Assembly (NCBI GenBank): GCA_009602735.1
Contig: WELA01003469.1
Span: 227,292 to 291,291, forward strand
Length of the DNA: 64,000 nt
Direction: 5' to 3'
From: Mesotaenium endlicherianum
Taxonomy: Eukaryota
Part shown: piece after piece, positions 36,377-48,303 of the stretch
Layout: each line of letters opens with the position of its first letter
Position numbering within the stretch: position 1 is the stretch's first letter
The notes under the pieces: model-generated
What the model was told of the DNA's origin: nothing
What the model saw: only the letters and a program-made list of their open reading frames with translations
Databases searched by the model: none
Position numbers and translations under genes: made by a program

Positions 36377-38206
36377 GTGTCTACTCGTAAGCAATGAGCA
36401 TGTGGACTGTTATGTGAGCAGGCATGTTTGGCTGTTGGAGAGGGGGACGATTCGTCTCTGAGGGAGTGCATTGAGCTGAGCACGGAAGCTGCATCTCTTG
36501 GGGATGGTGTCAATCCAGTCCTCAGTGAGCAAAGCTACTAGGTGTCAGTAAATATGCCAGTGATATTGCCACTGATGTTGGCTCTGTACATTATTCATAC
36601 ATATAGTAGCTATAGAGTGTAGCTGTCACTCGTTGGCTGTGCCGTGGACGTATTGGCATACCGGCATAATTGCAATAAAAGCCAGCTATTCATAATTGAG
36701 AGGATGTACGTGACGTCGCTTGCTTGCACAAGGTCACCTTCTGTGATGGGTGCAATGACATGTAAGCTGGTCGGTTTACTCGAGATTTTAGATCTCCTTG
36801 AGCTTACAATGGTGCACGTATAGATTCTGATGCATTTACGACACTATGGTGAGGCAACACTAACAAATTGAGAGTGGGCAGGATCCATGCGCAACGGAGG
36901 CAGCATGAATCAGCTAGTTCATGAACCTTGAAGCAGGTATACATTTCTGTGCAGGCTCATATTGTTTCCTCACCTCGTGTAAGTTAATAACTCATTTGGA
37001 CAAGCATGTGACAGAAACATGTTTTGTTTGTTCCCTCAATTGTGGTATGATCAAAACATTGGCAGTGATCTTGCATGTTTATCAAGCTTCCTGGTACTTT
37101 TCTGTCAGGCATCCTCTGAAGAGCACCATCTCCACCCTGTTCTTTGAAGACTCATGATCACATGTATATCTAAACAAATATATGCCTATTAACATGCTCA
37201 TCAAGGCTCGTACAAAAAAAATATTTATGCATACAGAAGCAGAGGAGATACAAGACATTAAAAGGTAGAGAGCCGTCGGGATGATAGATGATGATCCTGA
37301 CCATGGTTTCCGTCCTCATCTTGGGCTAGGCTCATTAGATGGCGGTCTCACAGACGGCATTTATTCGAAATACAAGGTCGTGAAAGTTGGAAGGGTTGGG
37401 AGTCGAGAGGCGTTCGTAGTTAATTGCTTGAAATTGCTTGCAGCTGCTTGGAGCAGCTTGGAGTGGCTTGGAGCATATATCTTGGAGCACGCTTGTAGTG
37501 TGGAATTCGACCACTGAGGGGACTAAAGTCGTAGGCGCTTTTGAGTCGACCGATTTGATCGCGTATATGCAGCTGACGGAGAAACTGACAGCTTTTGAAC
37601 TGCAGATGAAGTGCTTTTTATATTTCGTGAGGACTTTATTTAGCTCATTTGTCATCAATTATGGCTTCTCAAAACACCCCACAACAACGTACGTCCTTCA
37701 ACGTGCATGTCTACTTTGTACGTCCTCTCCCTTAGTGTCCGAGTTCTTTTGCATGGCATAATTACGCGTGCGTTTAAGGCAGCAGAAGGTTCTAGTAGCG
37801 TGCTCTTGGAACGATGACGCGTAGAAGACAAATGATCATCATGCAAACAGATGAAATTTACTTTCGACCCATCGTTAAATTGGTGCATTCTACTAAAAGT
37901 TCAAATAAAATATGATAGTCGATCGTCCTCCCAGATCGATTAAGACCAAAGGGGCTACCGTGTCGGGCATAGACTGCATACATGAGCCATGCAAGAAAAC
38001 AGCTTAGTGAAGGACGACCCCGGTGGTGATGGGATTCCTAACCAATCGACGACCGCTTGATTATCTACATTGTGAGTCTGCCGACATGAGACAGCAAAAT
38101 GCCGATCTGGGAGCTTGTTTGTGAGTAAGCTGAAGCATTCTGCCCAGAAATGAGTTTCAGAGCCCCCAGAAGACCTTTCCAGAGGTTTCGAAGCAAGAGA
38201 GGTACA

Positions 38207-40803
38207 ATGGTGAGTGGACTTTCCGCTATGTCCCCTTTGCGGTGCTCATCTTTCTTCCTTCTGTAGCGCACTTTTGAGGAGCATTCGCCGGTGTGCTCTG
38301 TAAAGTACACTAGGATAGGTCATAATGTGCATTGTAGTCCCCTGTGCAGATCCCGTGCAGCCAGGAGTCTGGTGGCGGGATGATGCTCAGTGGCGGCTGT
38401 ACACGCCGGCACAACAGCAGCAGATACGCGCTGCCAGGGCCCAGGGTGTTGCAGCAGTAGACATAGGAATCATCACCTCTGCTGTGTACCCAGCAGGAGC
38501 AAGATACGTGGTCAATGTTCGTACTATGCTACAGACAAATGTAAGCAGCGGGTACACGCGTCAGCTGCGGATTCTCGATCAAGCTGCAGGTGTGCCCCGC
38601 GTTGCACTGGGAGTTCCTGCTCCTCAACAACCGGTACGCGCATGAGCTGCTTAGGGGCCCTCCTTCCCTTCTTTCCCCCTTTGAAGTGCAAAATCGACTC
38701 GTCTTGAGGGTCAAAATGATGTTGCAATCTCACTGATCGGGCGTGATTATGTGTTCAGTCTCTTCCTCTCATAGATGTACAGTGTTGGAAAAAGTACTGT
38801 ACTGAGGCAACCGTGTAATTGGAGAAAACTTCACCTCATGCGAAGGTAAAATGTAAGAGATATTCCTTTTTATCTCATCTGACGACATCTGGCCACCGTT
38901 CCACCTTGTGCTTTCCTCCCGGACGCAAAGGGTATCGATGACTATCACTTTAAATACATCACTTGTCGCAAGTTCCGGGTCCTGCTTCCCTTTTTAGGGG
39001 GGGCATTTGTGTCAGTAAGTTGGTTATATCTCATCTCTGTATATTTGGAGCAGCAAGATGTCGAGCCGTGCATTGGGTTACGATCTTAACTGATGTTGAA
39101 CATGCAGTGGGATTGGGCAGAAGTAGCCCCTCTCTGTGGCAGTCTCCTCCCTTTATGCGTGCTTCTGCCCGGCAAGCTTGCCTGGTCCTGCAGGTCAGGA
39201 GGCTGCCAGGTGGCGCCAGGGGCCCGACTGTCCACTGGCGGGACAGCAGCAACAACTTCCAGCAGTACGACGCTGCGACAGCTCAGGCCGTCTTGCAGGC
39301 TGCTGCTGCCGGCTATGCTACGGCCACCACAAGTGTCATCTACTCGGCAGCGTACCCTCAGGGCCACTTCTACCGCATCCATCTGGCCACCATGGAGCAG
39401 GAGAATCTGGAGACGGGGCGAAGGCGGCAGATTTGGATCGAGTTCCCGGGCGATCCCGGCTCTCTGCTTGCGCTGGCTCTCGTTGCGCCGTCGGCCGACT
39501 CCCGGCGGAAGGTACCGGAGCCGAGCCCTGTGACTTGACAAATTGCACCCTCCCCGCACCTTTGCACGACTGCTGCACATAGTCACTTCTCGATGGGGGT
39601 CGACTGAGAATGTATATGCGAATAATAATCAGAATTAAGAAGAGAAGAAGAGAAGACCTCATCAAAAAGTGCATCAAAGATGATGTCCAGCTTGCAGTGT
39701 TGGCGCCTAGCAGTCACGCCTGCCAGTGCTGCCAGCTCTGTGGGAGCAAGCAACAGCGTCAGAGCTGCGGGCCCTTGTTGCGTTGCACGCGTGCGCACTG
39801 CGCATGCTCCCAAGCCCTCATTGCTTCCAACTTCTCCTCTCTGTGAGTGACGGAGCAGCTTATCGGCGCGAGCCTCGAGCGCTTCATGGACGACGTGCAT
39901 CTCCAGAAGATGCTCAAGGCAAAGCTGAGCCCGCTCTCCATCGTGGCCCAGCGGCGCAACCCCTACTGCCGACGGGGCAGCGCCGTCTACGAGCGCTTTG
40001 TGGACCGGCTGGAGGCGACGCAGCTGGACGAGACCGTCTTCTTCTCGCCAGGTGAGCATGACGAGTCCGCGCTCTCGCGATTTGAACGCCCCAAGTGATA
40101 GCCCTCATAATGACGCAAATAATGTGAATTAGAGGGAGGAGACACGCACACTGTACACACACTCGTATGCTAGCATATGTGTGCATATCTTTGTGTCCAT
40201 ACATAATTGTATGTGTACACCTGCATGTGTAAGTTATGGAGGATAATTGTGTGCATATTCGAAATATTAGAATCTTCGATAGGAGTTAACACTTATCTTC
40301 ACTTTGGCGCTTTATAACTATCGTGATGCTGCCTCCCTCACAAGCATACTGTTCGCTTTGTGGAGGTTTCTTTGTGTAGGGACAGGAAAGCCTTGATCCT
40401 TGCGTGTTTGTGGATGTGCGCAGACAGCAGGGCTGCAGTCGAGAAGTCGTTTGAGAAGGGCAGCCCCTTGCACGTGGCCTTCCATGGCACGAGTGAGGCC
40501 AACATCGAGTCCATCCTGCAGAACGGCATGGCACCTGAGAAGCGTAAAAAGGACGGGGATTACTTTGGAAACTTGGCGTCTGTGTCGCTGGAGTACTGTC
40601 GAAAGGATCCCTATGCTCAGTATTCCGACGGGTACCTGCTGCGCGAAGACCACCGGCGCGGGAACCCCTACTTTGTGAAGATGCTGGTGTTCCTTCTGCT
40701 CCTGCGGCGCTCGGCGTTGGGCTGCGGCCCTGCCGGGAACGTCACGGTTGTCACGGACTCTGCGTGCGAGCTACCCATTCTTGAGCTGACCCTGAGCTAC
40801 TAG
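38207..40803 (+). CDS. Tandem-WWE-domain protein with a C-terminal PARP-like ADP-ribosyltransferase domain (about 388 aa)
   Basis: Phase-compatible exons 38207-38209 (ATG only, tentative), 38361-38633, 39194-39511, 39859-40051, 40424-40803. WWE-like 1: VWWRDDAQWRLY...RYVVNVRTMLQTNVSSGYTRQLR. WWE-like 2: VHWRDSSNNFQQYD...YRIHLATMEQENLETGRRRQI. ART: AFHGTSEANIESILQNG...GDYF...SLEYC...MLVF...VTVV...ELP. Confidence 0.8.
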
Positions 40804-41983
40804 AGCCTGAGAAAACCTTGGACTGGCGACGACCACTCATGCTGGTCTGGCTCTCGGTTGCTAGAGCCTATGTGAGAACAACTGCAGAAAATTAAAGCCC
40901 CAGTTTGTGCTGAGATGATGACCTTGTGCACATTGTGTGTGAAGCTCAATCGCTGTGCAGCTGCTGAGCTCTGGACTGGGCTTGCTCTTTCGGTCGGTGG
41001 TTGGGGTCTGGTCAACATATGTAGTCAAATGGGGTTGTGCAACCCGCGTTGAAATGCCCGCACGTACATGGGAGTCAGAGGTCGGTATTGGACGCATAGC
41101 AGCAGGTGCCAAGGGTGGTCTAAGCGTGAGGTGGGGCGACAACTCCTTGCACTTTCTCTACTTAGTAGCTCGCTAAGGCTTTATTGAAAGGCATGTTTAG
41201 TGGAGGTCGTGTGCAATCTTTTACGTGGGGGTGAAGGAGCTTAAGCTTAAGTACGCAATTCCCCAGCTGAAGACACGTGTTCATACAAGTTCTCCTACCG
41301 CCAGTCATGGCACTAATTAAGTCCAGACTTGTGTATGCTCAAAAAACGGATGCCTGTGGCCCTTTTTTTCCTTCTCTCGTGCCTAACAATGTACGAATAC
41401 TGCAAGAGGAGATTGTTGCTTATCAATTTTTCAAGTTCGGAGCATGGGTGATGCAAGATAGACTTAGTGAAAACCTGAATGAGACTTCAGAGTATTCTCA
41501 CCTTGATGCCTCAGTGTATCAAGCACCCTCATGCTCAAATCAATTGTCTGAGGCCGTGCATGACAGGCCAAAGCAATATTTACTAGCATTGCTGTGTAGT
41601 TACGTTCTGATGTGACTATATGTACTACTACATGTTTCTTTGATTTTTGGTCATTTTTGCACAAGCTTGCTATGACTTCATTGTACACAGTAATGGAAGT
41701 ACAAAAAGAGAATATGGATCTCACCACAACCAGATGATTCGCAATTGTGGAATTAATTACAACTATTTCCAAACCACAAGAAACAAAGAAGTACGTCACA
41801 GAAAAATACACTGCTCGAATTTCAGAACATATGCACATCACTATAACACGTATAACGGCTTCTCGGATTGCACCCCAAAAATCACAAAAGATTGAAAAGC
41901 TTGCACGAAAAAGAAATCCTCAGTGATCACCCTCTAGATGACAAGCTCGCACCCCACACATGGGCCTTGCTACATCACATACC

Positions 41984-42846
41984 TCACCAAAATAGGTCCT
42001 CGGTTGTGATGTCCGAAAAGTCTATGATACCAGGATACATAGTCCAATTGTAGAGCATTGCAACAATGCCCGCGCACAGCGCGGTGATCCAAAAGACCTG
42101 CTTGTTGTCAGGACCTTCAACGGCCAGAAGGTCTTCCTGCGAATCACTCAGACTCGAGGACTGCGCTGCATCCGGCTGGTCGGGCTTCGTCTCGCCCTCT
42201 CGGAACTCCCGGATTGTGGGCGCCGCCAGCCCTCCATAGATGAGGCCTCCCAGGACTCCTCCGATGTGCGACCTGCGAGCGGCATCAAAGGCACCGCGCG
42301 GCAGATGTTGGCCACCGACGGCGCGAGGGGGGGTGGTAGCGCTGGGAAGGTGCAGGATGAAATTGCGTATGCTCGGAGAGTGCAGGAGAGAGAAGATCGT
42401 CACAACAAAACAGCTTGATGGATGTTCCTGATCGCCAGCAGCCCCCACCCTAGACCACACCCCTTGATGCATACAGAGGCAGGTCCAGCGTGCAACTCGT
42501 GCTTTTTCCCGGCCTACACATGGGAGGATCAGAAGAATCAGCGCGTGCAGCCGGTCGGTGACAGACAGCTGTGCCAGACAGACACCTCACCAGTTGTCGA
42601 TGGGAAGGGGGTTGCCGATGGCGACGTTGAGAGCGGCAAAGAATATGATGATGCGCAGCTCGTTGTCGGCCTCCTCCGGGCCGATCATCTCTCGGTTCTT
42701 CAGCAGGAACACGATCCATGCCCCCACCAGGCCGTACAAAGGGCCCTGTTCACACCACGAGTCTGAATGAGCTCCTGGTTGTGTCTCTGGCCTCCATTCA
42801 TAAGCACAAATGTGCGATTATAGCAGGAGCCTGGACACGCACAGAT

Positions 42847-42933
<87 letters not shown>

Positions 42934-43557
42934 CTCCCGAGGAAATGTGCTAAGTGTGACACTAGGTCTGTCGACCAAGGAGTTTTCAGTCGGGAGACGC
43001 CAGCCATGCACGCGCGGCCGTGCTTGGGTGATGCAAGTCCCATAAATATGGCCCGGGGTACAGCAGCATGCGAAGGACCCGGAGTGGCAGTGGCGGTGGC
43101 GGTGGCAGGCCCCCAATACCCGAGAACGGCTCCCACTGGCCATGCATGCAGCAAAAGGAGCAGGACCAGGAGCAGCAGCAGAAGCGTGCAAGGAGGAGCA
43201 GAGCACTCACAGTGCCGCCCACAGTGACGGCGGGGGTCTGGATGAAGCTGAGGAAGTCGCCAAAGAGGCCCCCGCAGAAGTAGGCCCCCAAGAACGACAG
43301 GGGGCCAAAGGCCACCTCCGCGACTGGCGCCAGGCTCAGCAGGCAGAATGACCCCAGCCCCACGTGTAGGAAGCCGTTGTGCTGCCCCCACCCAACCCAT
43401 GCATGCGCGGGGTCAGGGGTCCCGTCGCCCAGTGGGGAGGGTTGGAGGAAGTAGGCGTGCCGTCTGGCAGAGCTTGGATGCCCCCATGCAGCACTCGCGT
43501 ACATCCCCCCCACCACGCTTCCTTCTCTGTCTCCCGCTTCTTCAGCAAGCACCAGTG

Positions 43558-43592
<35 letters not shown>

Positions 43593-43698
43593 GATAGAAA
43601 GAGGGGGAGAGAGAGAGAGAGAGAGAGAGAGAGANNNNNNNNNNNNNNNNNNNNNNNNNNNNNNNNNNNNNNNNNNNNNNNNNNNNNNNNNNNNNNNT

Positions 43699-43772
<74 letters not shown>

Positions 43773-46700
43773 CTCACGAGAAGCATGGGAGTGACAAGGC
43801 GCCACCACTCCCCGCTGGCAATCAGGGGGTTGACTTTGGCCATGAAGAGGCTGGGCAGCGATGTAGCCACGTCGCCAGGGATGACCTGTGGGCTTGCCAG
43901 CTCAAAGAGGAAGACGGCCACATTCAACGCCACCAGAGCATTCCTGCTCACCAAAGCAGAGGCACACACACAACCCCGCAGGTAGGCGCTTAGGTCAGAC
44001 AGACAGAAACAGAAGGGCGGAAGCGGGCGGGTGGGTAGCAGCCCACAATTTGTGGCTCTTCAGAAGAACCATATGCAGGCGTACACTATATGAAGAGTCA
44101 CACACATGTACGACGTGACAGGCTGAAAGGAAGGGGCCATCTGTTGAGTCGGCGCATGTCACCCGTGCAGATAGACCTCGTTTCCATCTGCTCCTTGAAG
44201 AGTGCAGCATGCAGAGAGGTTCCAGGTACGAGAGCATGGGGGGCGATGGAGGGGGATTCATCGTCTAAGCAGGCGGACTTCGAAGTCGCACAGATATCCA
44301 CTGACAGACACGCACGTATGCCTCGCTGCAACAGACCCGCAGAGGAGCCACCCGTGCTTTCCAGCAGCTCCTGTCCAGCCTCTCTCACGTCCAGCGCAGA
44401 AGGAAGTCACACACGCACAAATCCCGTACCCTCGCCTCCTTTTGACACACTCTCTGGAGATCCCTGGACCAACAACCACGCACTCCTGCAGCCTTCAGTC
44501 TCATCCCCCTTCCTCCTCATAGAGCCAGGCAAGCATGCACCCGAGCGCCACGTGCGGCCTCACGACATGTGCGTGCGCACCCCAGCATAGGCCTAGCTAC
44601 CTTCATCTTCTTGCCTTGCTGACTCCGGCTCCGCCTTCGGCCCCGGCTCCGGACTCCCCAGCTGCTACCAAGTCAGACAGACAAGCTGGATGGAGGTATG
44701 GCTGCCGGCCTCACAAGCATTGAGCAGCCCAGCCAGGGCACCCGGGGACAGATGCTATCACCACGAAGGAGAGGGAGAACACGACACCAATGGGCAGCAG
44801 GGGGCAGCCACACACCCAACAAAGGGCGTGGCGACCTGGGACTGTCGCTGCACGAAGCGCTCGAAGCGGGTATTCTCCAGGTTGACACTCCACGTGAAGT
44901 TGAAGTTGGGCTCTGCATAGCGCCCGTCCGCCCCCGCCCACCACTCACACGAGGCCTCACACACGCACACACATACAACATACACACATGTACACACGCA
45001 CACACACACAAACACACACGCACACAAACACACACACACACACACACACAGCCCCTTTGTAAGCAAGCGCTCCCTCCCTACATCTGCCGTAATTGCCCTT
45101 CCAACCTTCACACCATCTTCTGCCTGTAGCTCTGCCATCACAATCAGGCACGCACGCACACAGGCAGGCAGGCACGCTTGACCTATCCTCACACGTCACT
45201 TCTCGCACCTGCACGTTTCTCCTCCCTCCGTGTTGCCCTTCACGGCTGCTAAGTGAGCGCAGCACATAAATGCATGCAGGCTGCCACTGGTGCCGAGATG
45301 GGACCTAGACCCTAGACCCTTCTTGAAAAGGGGAGGGAACCGGAAACAGTAGCAGGGAGCTCTCTCCGTGAGCAAAGGCGAGGGCGCAAGCAGAAGCGCT
45401 GCTTCTGAATGCTTCTGGATGAGCCTGCAGCAACATCCACATCCGAGTGGACAGCTGCCAGAGCTAGTACCAGTACCATGCAGGGCCCATGCGGCTCCAA
45501 GACGCTAAAACTCGAGCTTCTATTAGAGCCACAAGTCGGATGATGCTGACAAGGGTGTTTGTGTCCCCCCCCGCCCAAAAGCCTGCTCCCCCCTCAGGAC
45601 CAAGGAACAGGCTAGATTTAAACCTAGAATGACCAAGACAGCTCCGCAACTTGCCAGAGGCGTTTTCATACCATTGGTTGCGTTCCCTTCCTCTTCCAGC
45701 TTCTTCTGAAATATCTGCCGCAGCATGTCCTCGATCTCCCGTGCGACCTCTTCCTCCTCTGCCTTCGTCACAGACCTCTCTTCCTTCGGCTCTGCGGTCT
45801 CCCCTGTGCTCGACGACTCAGCAGCAGCTCTGGAGTCCAGCAATATGGTGTCTTTCTTGTCATCCTTCACTTCAGGCTCTGCAGATTGTAATGCATGCAC
45901 ATTCCACCAACAAGGAGTTCTGCTCGTCATTCAGACCCTCTTCCCGTGACTTCACTAGCGCTGCACTGCTCTTGCCTCCTCCACACAGCCCAAGAGCTGG
46001 AGCCACCAACTACATGCACTTCTCGAACTCGATCAGAACTACAGGTACTCTGACGTCTTATTGCTTCTCTAAGTGTGCATCTCTATGCTGTTGCCACCAC
46101 TGCCAAGGCAACGTGAGGCACTTGGGGGCCTCAGAGCACAGGCAGCCTGTTGCATGGCTGGCTGCAAGTCGGCGCAAATTTGCTGCAGGAGCCCAATAAG
46201 ACGCGAAGGACATACCCTCAGGCTTGGCTTGATAATGCAATAAGTTCTGATGCTTAGGTTTCTGGGCTTTAGCCATGACTCAGCGGAGTATATGTAGTCT
46301 CTGCGTTCATAGGAGGTCCACAAACATGCAACAAGCTTGCTGTCAAGAAGGAACGCATAAAATACCATAGAGCTAAGAGGGGAGCATTGAGTTCTCACTG
46401 TCAGGACCCGCAATAGTGACTTATCCCCGCGTGACATACCTGTGACGAATGCATAGTGTATCAAGGCATAAAAGAATGACTAGGAAGCGTTCAAAGGCCA
46501 CGTGCTTTGTTCGTCAAGTCATAGGCAATGCGTGCTTCATGAAGATGCAACACAAGAGGGTCCAAAAGCACACCTGGTGGAGGGGGATTCAGTAGATCAA
46601 AATACGCATCCAAAGACTTCAAAGCAGTCCTCTCCTTTGTTTCTTTAGCTTTCTCCTCTTCCTGTACTCCTACTTCAGGTCCAGGACTCTTTTGAAGGTG

Positions 46701-47291
46701 TTCAGGCTCCGGTTTTTGTGCCTCCTTCTCTGACAGTGAACTGCTCTTTGGCGAATCCAGGGAGAAAGTCTTCACAACAGGCAAAGGGGGGCTTATTTGA
46801 TCATTTTTATTTCCTCCTTGAGTTCCTTCCAACTTGTCAAAATAGGCATTTAAAAGCCCAAGTCCTTTCTTGGCTGCATCTACAGGAGGAGACTCCGAAG
46901 CTGCCATCCGGTCATCACTCCGTCCACTTGTGCTGGCAGCAGTTTCTTCCTCGTCCTTTGAGTATGAATCTGTTCTATCAGTAGAACCCGCTGATTGCTC
47001 AGGGGTGACGGTCTCTGTCGATGTGCCAGGTTTCAAACAATGAGGCGTCCGATGCTTTCCCAATGGAGAGATTCTTCCGTATGCTGCATTCCGTAACTTA
47101 AATTGAGTACTAGAAGCATGAGAAGTATGTCTCGACGACTCGGGAACAATAATTTGACCTCGAATGGACGCCTGCACAGTAAGTGAAGAAGGGCGACAAA
47201 CATTCGACCTTCTACGGCCATTTAAATTGAAAACACTATGACCTACTCCCCTACACACGCTGGAGATACTTTGGACAGAAGATGCAGACAT
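41984..47291 (-). CDS. Plastid rhomboid-like protein (RBL9-like, probable pseudoprotease)
   Basis: Exons 47291-46574, 45878-45672, 44912-44836, approx. 44661-44601 and approx. 44300-44230 (these small exons and their phases are unresolved), 43943-43778, 43381-43211, 42745-42591, 42272-41984. Motifs: LNVAVFLFELASP, GEWWRLVTPMLLH, TVGGTGPLYGLVGAW, IDNWSHIGG. Long Ser/Arg-rich transit-peptide-like N-terminus. Confidence 0.88.
42849..42931. repeat. (TG)n(AG)n compound microsatellite in a rhomboid intron
   Basis: Seen directly in the sequence. Confidence 0.95.
43559..43771. repeat. (CA)n..(AG)n, N gap, (TG)n(AG)n microsatellite block in a rhomboid intron
   Basis: Seen directly; begins 6 nt after the donor at 43777 on the minus strand. 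Confidence 0.95.
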
Positions 47292-48303
47292 TTTGCACTT
47301 TCGGTTTATTCACCTCCACCTTTGCTTAACTCCAGAAGTCAACGGCACAACCTGGCACGATCATCTACGCTTCAAAAGACATTAATAGTGCACCTCTTTA
47401 TAGTGCCAAATGATGAGCGCCCATCACAAGTTCTTAACAGAGGCTTCCACTTCGATCAGCTTAACAGCGAGCGACTTGCGGACTCCACTCAAGTTTCAAC
47501 CGAAGTGGTCCAATTTTCTGATCGATGGATTCTCTTTTTGTGTAAATTTTTTATCGATATACAAAGACGTAATTGTTGAGGACAAATCTTCTTATACCAT
47601 TTACCATGTAAAAGTCTTGCCCGTTCCGACATAACGTGTCAGATATATTGCCGTTCACGTCATACATTTGTTGTACACCATGACTGCGAGCAACCGGGAG
47701 CACCTGAGCTGCAATTGAGTGTATATCAAGCTTTCGTCGAGCAGCACGGAAATACATGGATAGCGCTGCATGCAGGACGGATATAATGAATTATTTGTGT
47801 CGAGCAGGTGTCCAGACTGGTCGAGACTCGAGAGGCATGGACTAGAGGCCCACTCGAATACATCCGTGGGGTGACGTGGAGCAACGATGCTACAGGCCTT
47901 TGAACCCACGTAATGGAAAAAAGGAAGGGACAATGAATGCTCGAATTGAGTGCATCGGAGTGCATTGAAGCCCATATGTAAAATCATCAGCAGATGCTGG
48001 TGCAAGATTCTGTAACTTTGGGTCTTGAACTCTTGCAAATTGTTTGATCGCTGTGGGCAGTGGAGAGTACAATTTTTCGGAGAGCTTGGATTTATTTGCT
48101 TAATTGCCTGTTTGGCCAAACCAAAGTAGTTGCTTCTGGCATCTGATTTCTCCTTGACCACAATTTGATGGTTACTATTAGTATCAGTTGATTTTGGATT
48201 GCTGAATTGTAGTTTTTGCTCGTGCTTCTCATCGAAAAAGCTGCACTTGCTGGCTGAGGTAACTTTGCATCACTAGTTGTGTGGGCTAATTACGTCGACA
48301 GGA

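Noticed and set aside
37281..37888. Overlapping 77-107 aa ORFs downstream of GOGAT
   Set aside because: No domain and no consistent exon signals.
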